From contig JBFLWF010000002.1 in assembly GCA_040758355.1 (NCBI GenBank), positions 1-64,000 on the forward strand: a stretch of DNA of 64,000 bases, read 5' to 3'. Within the stretch, counting starts at the first letter, position 1, and each line of letters starts with the position of its first letter. The position numbers and the translations under genes were made by a program. This document shows positions 8,670 through 17,630 of the stretch, piece by piece. Under the pieces are notes generated by a model. That model saw only the letters and a list, made by a program, of their open reading frames with translations. It had not been told where the DNA came from and made no database searches. The stretch comes from Nitrospirota bacterium (GTDB lineage Bacteria; Nitrospirota; Thermodesulfovibrionia; Thermodesulfovibrionales; Dissulfurispiraceae).

Positions 8670-9611
8670 ATGATAAATGTCGGTGTAATAGGCGTTGGGT
8701 ATCTGGGGCAGCATCATGCCCGTATTTATTCAGAGCTTGGTTCCGAGCTGGGCAGTGTCAGGCTTGTGGGCATTGTTGACACGGACAGGAACAGGGCCGG
8801 GGAAATATCGGATAAATATGGGTGTGAGGTGTTCGGCGATTACAGGGACATCCTCGGAAGGGTTGATGCATTGAGCATTGTTACTCCCACGACAATGCAT
8901 TATCAGACAGCTCTGGACTGCATAAAGGCTGGCAAGGATATCCTTATCGAAAAGCCCATTACCGCAACCGTTGAAGAAGCGGATGAGTTGATAGATGCAG
9001 CCGATAAGGCAGGGACAATAATTCAGGTTGGACATCTCGAACGGTTTAATCCGGTGTTCCCTGCTGCTCGTTCGCTTGTGGATAAACCGGTGTTTATCGA
9101 GACAGAGAGGTTATCCCCTTTTCTTGGTAGGGGGATAGATGTGGATATAACCCTTGATCTGATGATACATGACATTGATATAATCCTTGCTATTTTAAAG
9201 GGCAGTGATTCCGGAATACCCGATGTAAAGGATATGAAGGTAACAGGAGCAAAGGTACTGACCGACAATATCGACATTGCCATGGCATGGCTTGAATTCA
9301 GCAACGGCGTGCAGGCCTTAATGAAGGCGAGCAGGGTCTCGTTTGAAAAATCCAGAAAACTGAAGATCTTTCAAAAGGACTCGTACCTGCTCGTGGATTA
9401 CCAGAATATGGAGATGAAGAGGTTTTATAAAAAGGGGTCAAATGAAATTATTCAGGAGACCATAAATATCGAGAAAAAGGAGCCTCTGAAGGAAGAGCTA
9501 AAGGATTTTGCTGATTGTGTTATTTCAAGACGCAGGCCTGTGGTTTCTGCAACTGAGGGCAGGGATGCACTAAAAATTGCACTACAGATAGGAGAAAAAA
9601 TAAAGAAATGA
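8670..9611 (+). CDS. Gfo/Idh/MocA oxidoreductase, probable UDP-GlcNAc 3-dehydrogenase (GnnA-like)
   Basis: GVGYLG, EKP, GHLERFNP, DLMIHDID; upstream of a DegT aminotransferase and lpxB. Confidence 0.8.
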   Translation: MINVGVIGVGYLGQHHARIYSELGSELGSVRLVGIVDTDRNRAGEISDKYGCEVFGDYRDILGRVDALSIVTPTTMHYQTALDCIKAGKDILIEKPITATVEEADELIDAADKAGTIIQVGHLERFNPVFPAARSLVDKPVFIETERLSPFLGRGIDVDITLDLMIHDIDIILAILKGSDSGIPDVKDMKVTGAKVLTDNIDIAMAWLEFSNGVQALMKASRVSFEKSRKLKIFQKDSYLLVDYQNMEMKRFYKKGSNEIIQETINIEKKEPLKEELKDFADCVISRRRPVVSATEGRDALKIALQIGEKIKK

Positions 9612-10705
9612 AGCCGATGATCGACCTTAAAAAACAATACATGGAAATCAAGGACGAAGTCCTTTCAATGCTGAATGAAGTACTGGAGAGTTCCCAGTAC
9701 GTACTCGGCAAAAGGGTCATGGAACTCGAAGATCATATTAAGAAATATCACGGGGTGCAGGAGGCCATAGGCGTTGCATCCGGAACGGATGCACTGCATC
9801 TCTCTTTAAAGGCGCTGGGCATAGGAGAAGGGGATGAGGTTATAACCACGCCTTTTACATTCTTTGCCACGGTAGAGGCTATTTTGTATACGGGTGCAAA
9901 ACCGGTTTTTGTCGATATAGAGCCGGACACATACAATATTGATGTATCTCTTATCGAACAGAGGATAACAGAGAGAACGAAGGCACTACTTCCTGTTCAT
10001 ATATTCGGCCATCCGGCTGATATGAAGAATATTATGGATATTGCAGCGAAATATAATCTCAAGGTGATAGAGGACTGCGCACAGTCTTTCGGTGCATATT
10101 TGAATGGAAAGAAGACAGGAAGTTTTGGCGATGCCGGATGCTTCAGCTTTTATCCGAGCAAGAATTTAGGGGCATACGGCGACGGCGGCATGATTACGCT
10201 GAACGACCTCCAAGCTGCCGATGAGATAAGGAAATTAAGAAACCATGGCTCCAAAGGCGGATACAGGCATGAATGTCTCGGATATAACAGCAGGCTCGAC
10301 GAGATACAGGCCGGGATACTTCTTGTCAAGCTCAAGAGGATCGATGCATACAACAAGAAGAGGCGTGAGAATGCCTCGCTGTACAACAGCCTGCTTTTAG
10401 ATGTGGTTGGTTGTCCTGAGGAGAAGGAAGGTGCTTATCACGTTTATCACCAATACACTATTAGAAGCAACAAAAGGGACTTTATACAGCAATGTCTGAA
10501 GGAACATGGCATACCATCGGTTGTTTATTATCCTATCCCCCTTCATCTGCAGGAGGCTACTCGATTTTTGGGGCACAGAGAGGGAGATTTTCCGGTGACA
10601 GAACAGGTCTCACAGGAGGTTCTTTCCCTGCCGATCTACCCCGAGCTGGGGAAGGAAGATATTCGCTTTACCTCTGAAATAATCCACAAATGCTTGAAAG
10701 GTTAA
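9608..10705 (+). CDS. DegT/DnrJ/EryC1/StrS aminotransferase (GnnB-like)
   Basis: ASGTDAL, IEDCAQS, SFYPSKNLGAYGDGG, NSRLDEIQA. Confidence 0.85.
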   Translation: MKPMIDLKKQYMEIKDEVLSMLNEVLESSQYVLGKRVMELEDHIKKYHGVQEAIGVASGTDALHLSLKALGIGEGDEVITTPFTFFATVEAILYTGAKPVFVDIEPDTYNIDVSLIEQRITERTKALLPVHIFGHPADMKNIMDIAAKYNLKVIEDCAQSFGAYLNGKKTGSFGDAGCFSFYPSKNLGAYGDGGMITLNDLQAADEIRKLRNHGSKGGYRHECLGYNSRLDEIQAGILLVKLKRIDAYNKKRRENASLYNSLLLDVVGCPEEKEGAYHVYHQYTIRSNKRDFIQQCLKEHGIPSVVYYPIPLHLQEATRFLGHREGDFPVTEQVSQEVLSLPIYPELGKEDIRFTSEIIHKCLKG

Positions 10706-11943
10706 TGATAGTCTCAGGGGAGAGCTCCGGAGAGCTCTATGGCGCCTTACTCGCGAAGACACTGAAGGATAGAAATCCCGATATAACCATTATCGGCGTC
10801 GGAGGGGATAGGATGCAAACCGCAGGAGTTAATCTTATCTCGAGGATATCCAGTTCATTTGGCATTACAGAAGCGATAAAGACTTACAGTGAGATCAAGA
10901 GGACATTTAAGAAGGTCGTATCTGCCCTTAAATCTTTCAATCCACAGGTCATCGTCTTAATAGATTATCCTGATTTCAATATGAAGGTTGCGAGGGAGGC
11001 TAAAAAGCTCGGGATAAAGGTGCTTTATTATGTGAGTCCACAGGTATGGGCATGGAGAAAGGGAAGGGTAAACACCCTCGGTAAATTGGTTGATAAAATG
11101 GCCGTGATATTGCCGTTTGAAGAGGAAATATACAGAAATGCCGATATCCCATGCGAATTTGTCGGGCATCCTGTTCTGGATGAAATAAGGGAGGTTATTA
11201 ATGGTTCAGGATTCAGGATTCAGGATATAGAAACCGAAGAGCTAAAAGCAGCGGTCAGGAAAGAGCTTGGACTCATACCTGACAGGCCTGTGATGACACT
11301 CATGCCTGGCAGCAGGGCGCATGAGATTAAAAAGCTTCTCCCTGTAATGTCTGATGTTATCAGGGAAATGAAGGAACGCTATCCTGACTACCAGTTTGTG
11401 ATGCCTATTGCGCCGAATTTAAGTCATGATGCATTATCCGGAATGAATGAATTAGAGAAGAATACCCATCACGCATTACGCTTCACGCATCACGCAATAA
11501 AGACCCTTATCGCATCGGACCTTGCGGTTATTGCATCAGGGACATCTGCCCTGCAGGCTGCCCTCGTGGGAGTTTCCACTGTGGTTGTATATAAGCTTTC
11601 GCCGCTGACGTATTTCATAGGCAGGCTCATTGTGAAGGTGAAACATATATCCCTTGTGAACATCCTGCTCGATTATATAGAGGGTCAAGGGTCAAATCGA
11701 AGACCCATGGGGGTCAAGGGCCAAGGGGAATTTTTCCATGGCCTCCGCATTAAAGAACTATTGCAAAAAGAGGCCCATAAAGAGAATATTATAATGGAAC
11801 TGGATAAAATTATGTACGATGCAGACTACAGGAATGAGATGGCATCACAGATGAAAAGAGTGAGGAAGTTGTTCCTGGACAGAGAGGCATCTTCAAGGGC
11901 TGCGGGTATTGTAGAGGAACTGGGGGCCTATAGCAATGTTTAA
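10690..11943 (+). CDS. lpxB: Lipid-A-disaccharide synthase
   Basis: GESSG, IDYPDFN, YVSPQVWAWR, FVGHP, MPGSR, SGT; three repeat-derived insertions. Confidence 0.95.
   Translation: MLERLMIVSGESSGELYGALLAKTLKDRNPDITIIGVGGDRMQTAGVNLISRISSSFGITEAIKTYSEIKRTFKKVVSALKSFNPQVIVLIDYPDFNMKVAREAKKLGIKVLYYVSPQVWAWRKGRVNTLGKLVDKMAVILPFEEEIYRNADIPCEFVGHPVLDEIREVINGSGFRIQDIETEELKAAVRKELGLIPDRPVMTLMPGSRAHEIKKLLPVMSDVIREMKERYPDYQFVMPIAPNLSHDALSGMNELEKNTHHALRFTHHAIKTLIASDLAVIASGTSALQAALVGVSTVVVYKLSPLTYFIGRLIVKVKHISLVNILLDYIEGQGSNRRPMGVKGQGEFFHGLRIKELLQKEAHKENIIMELDKIMYDADYRNEMASQMKRVRKLFLDREASSRAAGIVEELGAYSNV
11205..11728 (+). repeat. Three separate 7-nt arrays in frame in lpxB: (TTCAGGA)x3 11205-11226, (CATCACG)x4 11465-11496, AGGGTCA-type 11681-11728
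   Basis: Peptides GFRIQD, HHALRFTHHA and GQGSNRRPMGVKGQG. Confidence 0.8.
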
Positions 11944-13660
11944 AAGGATACTGCTCCTCGTAAAGCCATATTGGGGCAGGGTAGCCCTTGCTGCTGTTAT
12001 AAGTCTCCTGATTTCGGGTATGAACGGCGGTCTGGCTTGGCTTGTGAAACCCGCACTCGATGGAATTTTTCTTAAAAAGGATGCAACCCTTTTGGCGCTT
12101 TTGCCTTTTGCGATTCTTGCCTTGTATTTGCTGAGGGGAATTTTCTTTTTTTTCCAGGCGTATTTGATGAAGTCAACCGGTCAAAAAATTGTAAGAGATA
12201 TAAGAATCAGACTGTACGAACACCTGCTCTTTTTGCCTATCCATGACTTTAAGAAGGAATCCACCGGAGGAGTGCTGTCACGGGCTATGAATGACGCTGG
12301 ACAGTTGCAGAGCCTTCTTGCAGGTGCGGTTAAAGAAATCTTTGTGGAGGGTACAACAGTCATAGTTTTGGTTTCTATTGCACTTTACCGGAGATGGGAT
12401 CTTACGCTTATAGCGCTTACTGTTCTTCCTGCTGCTTTTTACGGCACTCAGCGGCTTGGAAAACGATTGAAAAAGGTGAGCAAGGAGGGACAGAGAAAGA
12501 TTTCTGCGATAACGGAATTCCTTGCGGAGACATTCTCAGGAATAAAGATTATAAAGGTTTTTGGCCGCGAAGCTGCTCTATCAAAAATATTCAGAGACAG
12601 AACCCAGGATCATTATCGAGAAATAATGCGTTCTGCGAGGATTGTCGAGTTCAGTTCACTAATGATGGATATCGTCGGAGGGGTTGGTATCGCATTTGTT
12701 CTATGGTATGGGGGCAGGCTTGTTATAAGGAATATTATTACGCCGGGCGAATTTTTTTCCTTTCTGACCGCTATTTTCATGATATACACACCAGCAAAAA
12801 GGCTTGCAGGGGCGAATAACGGTATTCAGCAGGCAAAGGCAGCCCTCGAAAGGCTCGATGAACTCTTTGATAAGGAGCGGGAATCCGAGGGAAAGGGCGA
12901 TATAAAGCCCATGAACGGCTACATAGAATTCAAGAATGTATCCTTTAAATATCCAACATCAAAACATTATATTCTCGATGACATAAATCTCACCGTTAAA
13001 AAAGGGGAGATTATCGCTATTGTGGGAAGGAGCGGTGCAGGAAAGACAAGCCTTGTTGATTTGATACCGAGGTTTTACGACCCTGTAAGCGGTGCTATTT
13101 ATATAGACGGAGTAAATATTGCAGATGTCAATCTTAAGTCATTAAGGCAGCAGATAGGGCTCGTCAGCCAGGACGTCATCCTCTTTAATGACACGGTAAG
13201 GGCAAACATAACCTTTGGCAATCCGGATGCCTCAGAGGATGATATAATCAGGGCTGCAAAGGCAGCGTATGCCCATGACTTTATCCTTGAAATGCCCAGG
13301 GGTTATGACACAGTAATAGGGGAGAGGGGAATTATGATTTCAGGCGGCCAGAGACAGAGGCTCTCCATAGCGCGCGCAATACTCAAAAACCCATCCATAT
13401 TGATCCTTGATGAGGCAACATCAGCCCTCGATACAGAGTCTGAAGCAATGGTTCAGAAGGCACTGGATACCCTTATGGAAAACAGGACTACCTTTGTTAT
13501 TGCACACAGGCTTTCCACAGTGCAGAAGGCAGACAGGATTATAGTACTGGAAAAAGGCGGAATATTGGAGATGGGAACGCATGAGGAGCTTTTAAAGAAT
13601 GGCGGTATTTATAGGAAACTTTACGACCTCCAGATTTCATCATCAGGACATGCTATTTAA
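11936..13660 (+). CDS. msbA: Lipid A export ABC transporter MsbA
   Basis: TM domain plus NBD (GRSGAGKT, ISGGQRQR, ILDEATSALD); lipid A gene cluster. Confidence 0.9.
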   Translation: MFKRILLLVKPYWGRVALAAVISLLISGMNGGLAWLVKPALDGIFLKKDATLLALLPFAILALYLLRGIFFFFQAYLMKSTGQKIVRDIRIRLYEHLLFLPIHDFKKESTGGVLSRAMNDAGQLQSLLAGAVKEIFVEGTTVIVLVSIALYRRWDLTLIALTVLPAAFYGTQRLGKRLKKVSKEGQRKISAITEFLAETFSGIKIIKVFGREAALSKIFRDRTQDHYREIMRSARIVEFSSLMMDIVGGVGIAFVLWYGGRLVIRNIITPGEFFSFLTAIFMIYTPAKRLAGANNGIQQAKAALERLDELFDKERESEGKGDIKPMNGYIEFKNVSFKYPTSKHYILDDINLTVKKGEIIAIVGRSGAGKTSLVDLIPRFYDPVSGAIYIDGVNIADVNLKSLRQQIGLVSQDVILFNDTVRANITFGNPDASEDDIIRAAKAAYAHDFILEMPRGYDTVIGERGIMISGGQRQRLSIARAILKNPSILILDEATSALDTESEAMVQKALDTLMENRTTFVIAHRLSTVQKADRIIVLEKGGILEMGTHEELLKNGGIYRKLYDLQISSSGHAI

Positions 13661-13664
13661 CCTA

Positions 13665-13870
13665 AATTGAGCGATTTTATATGTCAGGCACGGCTCAAAG
13701 ACTTTAAAAAGTGCTTTTTCAAGTGTATTATAGAAGATTATAAGTGCATTATCCAAACAAGTATCCAATGTAGTAGATGACGGATACAAGATAAATGTTA
13801 ATACAAGTGCGGAGTTTAAAGTCTTTTCGTCGCACCTGACATATATTTTCTAAATTAGAATCGCCTAATT
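13665..13870. mobile_element. MITE-like non-coding element with long imperfect terminal inverted repeats
   Basis: tatatgtcagg (13678-88)/cctgacatata (13835-45) and aaagactttaaa (13697-708)/tttaaagtcttt (13815-26), plus outer aattgagcgatt/aatcgcctaatt. Confidence 0.6.
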
Positions 13871-13880
13871 GGTGTTAAAA

Positions 13881-15173
13881 ATGTATCTGGCATATAGCAT
13901 ACTGTATCTGATAGCCCTTCTTTTTTTATTTCCGTTTGAATATCTGAAACGGCCGAAGGAATTGCGCAAGAGATGGATCAGGGAGAGATCGGGCTTTTTG
14001 AGTTTACCTATTCACCCATTCACCCATCCACCAATTCACCACATATGGATTCATGCAGTCTCTGTCGGAGAGGTAATAGCAGCAGTGCCGTTAATAAAGA
14101 AAATAAAGGAAAGACATTATGCCGCAGAGGTTATCGTTTCAACTGTTACGGATACAGGACAGAAGGTTGCAAGGGAAAGGATCGGCGATATTGCAAGAAT
14201 TGTTTATGTCCCTTTCGATCTCCCATTCACTATAAACAGTGCGTTTAAAAAAATCAAACCGTCTCTTTTTATCATCATGGAAACTGAATTATGGCCGAAT
14301 GTAATCGGGATTTTGGGCAGGAGCGGTGTTCCTGTGTTATTGATGAATGGAAGGATATCCGGAAAGTCATTTGGCGGGTATAAGAAACTAAGGTTTTTTA
14401 TAAAGGATGTCATGAAGAATGTGAGCATCTTCTGCATGCAGAATGAATTATACGCAGAAAGGATTAAGGAATTAGGTGCAGAACCCGATAAAATCAAGGC
14501 AATCGGCAATTTTAAGTTCGATACAAGGCCGTCTTCTACTGTTCCTGAATGGACAAAGATAGTGAAGGGTGAAGGGTCAAGGGTGAAGGGTCAAGGGTTT
14601 ACAATAATTGCCGGTAGTACGCATAGAACAGAAGAGGATTTGATAATCGATGCATACATTAAATTAAGAGCAGATTTCCCGCAGCTCAATCTTATCGTTG
14701 CACCACGGCATCCGGAAAGATTCAGAGAAGTTGAGGAAGTGCTGAAAAAGAAAGGTCTGGAATATGTAAAACGTTCAGAGATTATAGACCCCATTACTCC
14801 ATCACTCCATTACTCCGGTGTTATTATTCTCCTCGACGTTATTGGAGAGCTTTCATCTGTTTACAGTGCGTGTGATGTGGCAATAATGGGAGGGAGTTTT
14901 ATTGAGCATGGCGGGCAGAATCCACTTGAGCCTGCATATTGGGGAAAGGCCATTATCTGCGGCCCGCACATGGAGAACTTCCCTTTTATTGATGATTTTT
15001 ACAGAGGTGGAGGGGCATTAAAAGTGGATTCGGATAATCTGTACGAATCATTAAAGAGCCTCCTTACTTCACCGGAAAAGATATCATTCATGGGAAAGAT
15101 TGCAAAGGGGTTCTATGAGAAGAATTCAGGCGCAACAGACAGGGCAATGGAGATAATAGGGAAATATCTATGA
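13881..15173 (+). CDS. waaA: 3-deoxy-D-manno-octulosonic acid transferase
   Basis: WIHAVSVGE, ETELWPN, GNFKFD, APRHPER, GGQNPLEPA; ATG at 13881 preferred to TTG 13869. Confidence 0.96.
   Translation: MYLAYSILYLIALLFLFPFEYLKRPKELRKRWIRERSGFLSLPIHPFTHPPIHHIWIHAVSVGEVIAAVPLIKKIKERHYAAEVIVSTVTDTGQKVARERIGDIARIVYVPFDLPFTINSAFKKIKPSLFIIMETELWPNVIGILGRSGVPVLLMNGRISGKSFGGYKKLRFFIKDVMKNVSIFCMQNELYAERIKELGAEPDKIKAIGNFKFDTRPSSTVPEWTKIVKGEGSRVKGQGFTIIAGSTHRTEEDLIIDAYIKLRADFPQLNLIVAPRHPERFREVEEVLKKKGLEYVKRSEIIDPITPSLHYSGVIILLDVIGELSSVYSACDVAIMGGSFIEHGGQNPLEPAYWGKAIICGPHMENFPFIDDFYRGGGALKVDSDNLYESLKSLLTSPEKISFMGKIAKGFYEKNSGATDRAMEIIGKYL
14003..14816 (+). repeat. Three separate arrays in frame in waaA: 8-nt (TTCACCCA) 14003-14040, 7-nt (GTSAAGG)x5 14562-14598, 8-nt (CCATYACT)x3 14791-14816
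   Basis: Peptides LPIHPFTHPPIH, VKGEGSRVKGQG, PITPSLHYS. Confidence 0.85.
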
Positions 15174-16234
15174 TGCTATTGGAATTTTTTTACTACATCG
15201 GCTATTCTCTCGACAAGCGCTACAAGCTTAAACGACAGAAGCGCCTTTCTCATCCTGTTATCAGCATAGGCAATATAACAGTTGGCGGTACAGGCAAGAC
15301 ACCAGCAACTATTGCCATTGCAGAGGAGGCAAAAAGGAGGGGCTTCAGTCCAATAATATTGACAAGGGGATATAAGGGAAGGGCAAAAGGGCCGTGCTTT
15401 GTAGACGTGTCAGGCGTCAGGCGTCAGGCGTTGAGCGTCAAGCGCATCACGCACGGCTCTCGACGCACGGCTCTCGACGCTTCACGCTTTTATGGCGATG
15501 AGCCTGTATTAATGGCTGAGAGATTGAAAGATGTCCCAATTGTAAAATGTTCTGATAGATATGAGGGAGGAATGTTTGCACTTCAGCACTTATCTACCAA
15601 TTCACCCATTCTTTTCATCCTCGATGACGGGTTCCAGCACCGGAGGCTTTACAGGGATATGGATATTGTTTTAATAGACGGCTTGAATCCCTTTGGAAAC
15701 AGGAGAATGCTTCCGATGGGCCCGATGAGAGAGCCGTTAAAGGAATTAAAAAGGGCGGGTATATTTGTAGTGACAAAAATAAAAAATAAGGCATTGTCAG
15801 ACGAGCTTAGAGATATTAATCCCGAAGCGCCTGTTTATTTTTCCGAGTACAGGATACATAAGGTCAGAGATATGGATGGCAATGAAAATCCGATTGAAAT
15901 GCTAAAGGACAAAAAGGTTTACGCCTTCTGCGGCATAGCAAATCCAGATTCATTCAGGCAAACGGTTTTATCCATGACAGAAGAGGCAAGGGGATTCAGG
16001 GCATACAGAGACCATTATAAATATACAAAAACCGATATGGATTATTTGAAAAAACAGTGCAAAGATCTAACTTGTGACTTCTTGATTACAACAGAGAAAG
16101 ATATGGTGAAACTAAAGGAGTTAAATCTCCCAGAAAAAATTTTATGCATTGAAATTGGATTTTTTATAGATAAGGCTTTTTTCGATTATATTTTTGATTG
16201 TTTAATTGAAAATTTTGATATAATTGCAACATGA
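15170..16234 (+). CDS. lpxK: Tetraacyldisaccharide 4'-kinase
   Basis: SIGNITVGGTGKTP, RGY, GDEP, ILDDGFQH, PMGPMRE, TTEKD. Confidence 0.96.
   Translation: MMLLEFFYYIGYSLDKRYKLKRQKRLSHPVISIGNITVGGTGKTPATIAIAEEAKRRGFSPIILTRGYKGRAKGPCFVDVSGVRRQALSVKRITHGSRRTALDASRFYGDEPVLMAERLKDVPIVKCSDRYEGGMFALQHLSTNSPILFILDDGFQHRRLYRDMDIVLIDGLNPFGNRRMLPMGPMREPLKELKRAGIFVVTKIKNKALSDELRDINPEAPVYFSEYRIHKVRDMDGNENPIEMLKDKKVYAFCGIANPDSFRQTVLSMTEEARGFRAYRDHYKYTKTDMDYLKKQCKDLTCDFLITTEKDMVKLKELNLPEKILCIEIGFFIDKAFFDYIFDCLIENFDIIAT
15404..15488 (+). repeat. Inverted pair of 7-nt arrays in frame in lpxK: (CAGGCGT)n followed by (ACGC-containing)n
   Basis: caggcgt caggcgt caggcgt tgagcgt caagcgc atcacgc acggctc tcgacgc acggctc tcgacgc ttcacgc. 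Confidence 0.85.
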
Positions 16235-16995
16235 CCAGATGGGGAGAATACAGGCTTGAATGGTTGATTGTAGCGGCCGGATTGCTGGCATTTGTTATAT
16301 TCGCATCCTTTTTTCTTACCGATAAAAAGACTGCAAAGGAGTCCAAAGAAGTAACATCCACGGATAATATCTCTGAAAAAGAGCAGGAGGAATATGTTGT
16401 TAAAAAGAGGCATTCGCAAGAAAGACATGCAAGACTAAAAATGGAAGAGCCGCATGAGGCAGGGAAGGTTGAAGATCAGCATGTCAAAATCACAGTGGAA
16501 CAGGCGGATAATAAGACCGAAATAATAAGGCATGAAGACACCGCTAAGAAAATCGCTGAAGAAAACATCGTTGTGGACAGGTATGAAAAGATAGTTTATT
16601 TGGGAGGATTGACCTTACATCACATATTCGAAGAAAAGGCCAACGGCATGACTGTCCATAAGGCATTTTTGGATGTTTATCCGAATATTTCTGTCAGCGA
16701 GACGCTGTATGCTAAGATGCAGCAGATTAAAAAGGAGGCATCAAAGTATGCAAAGGGCACGACAACTAATATAGAAACCGAGGTGCTTTCGCTTTTAAAT
16801 AAAGAATTAAACAGACTCTTTCAGAATGGACAGATGAGAAGGCTGCCCACTCCCGATGGCCGCATTGTTGTTGGGATTAAGGTTGTAGCCGGAGGGGACG
16901 GTCATGAGCATCTGTATTTCGGGTTTAATAATGGACAGTGGTTTCCAATCAGCGATGAATTTCTTGTTAAACTCATCCATTCTGCTCCTCTGTAA
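16231..16995 (+). CDS. Hypothetical membrane-anchored protein
   Basis: 254-aa ORF overlapping the lpxK stop (ATGA); single N-terminal hydrophobic helix followed by a charged linker. Confidence 0.65.
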   Translation: MTRWGEYRLEWLIVAAGLLAFVIFASFFLTDKKTAKESKEVTSTDNISEKEQEEYVVKKRHSQERHARLKMEEPHEAGKVEDQHVKITVEQADNKTEIIRHEDTAKKIAEENIVVDRYEKIVYLGGLTLHHIFEEKANGMTVHKAFLDVYPNISVSETLYAKMQQIKKEASKYAKGTTTNIETEVLSLLNKELNRLFQNGQMRRLPTPDGRIVVGIKVVAGGDGHEHLYFGFNNGQWFPISDEFLVKLIHSAPL

Positions 16996-16998
16996 TAT

Positions 16999-17592
16999 TC
17001 ATCTTTTAGGCGGTACATACCACAATGGAGGCGGAGGATAATAATCCCTCCACCATGGGTCATACCAGTAGGGGTAAGGGGATGGATAGGGATACTGATA
17101 AGGGTAATAATAAGGCGGATATGGCGGGGTCAAATAATAGGCCTTTTTCTCTTCCCATAAATAGAGATCTTTAATCTCAAAAACCGGATAGGCGTACTCC
17201 ATGTCGCCTATCTTGCCGGTTTGTGTTTCTATAAATTCTCCTGCAATGGTTATCTCCCTGCCCTCCTTGTAAATAAGGGGATCCAAGATTCCTCTATCCT
17301 TTGGATAGATTGCCAGGAACCTGCCATTTGTGGGCCTGACGTCCTTTAAGTAGCCTCTTGTATCTGCAGAGATGTAAACTGCCTCAATAAGAGAGCCTCT
17401 TTCTGTGAGTTTTGTGCTAACAATTAATCCGCCGAGAATGAAAACCTTTCCTCTGTAAAGGTCTGGATGTTGCCTGATGCTGGAGAATTGTACATCCACT
17501 GTGGCTTTCTCAATGATTTCCTGCCTCAGGACAGGAGCGCAGGAGACAAGTGTTATTAAAATGATAAGAATTATTAAGGGAAACCACTTCAT
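16999..17592 (-). CDS. Slp family outer membrane lipoprotein
   Basis: Lipobox LVSC; GRFLA..LDPLIY..GREITIAGE..YAYPV; Pro/Tyr/Trp-rich tail; ATG 17592 preferred. Confidence 0.85.
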   Translation of the reverse strand: MKWFPLIILIILITLVSCAPVLRQEIIEKATVDVQFSSIRQHPDLYRGKVFILGGLIVSTKLTERGSLIEAVYISADTRGYLKDVRPTNGRFLAIYPKDRGILDPLIYKEGREITIAGEFIETQTGKIGDMEYAYPVFEIKDLYLWEEKKAYYLTPPYPPYYYPYQYPYPSPYPYWYDPWWRDYYPPPPLWYVPPKR

Positions 17593-17630
17593 AAAAAAAT
17601 TTTGACACTGTGCAGCAAATCTTGTCAAGG

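Noticed and set aside
17020..17140. Pro/Tyr-rich repetitive tail of the Slp lipoprotein
   Set aside because: Protein-level low complexity typical of the family; no fixed DNA period.
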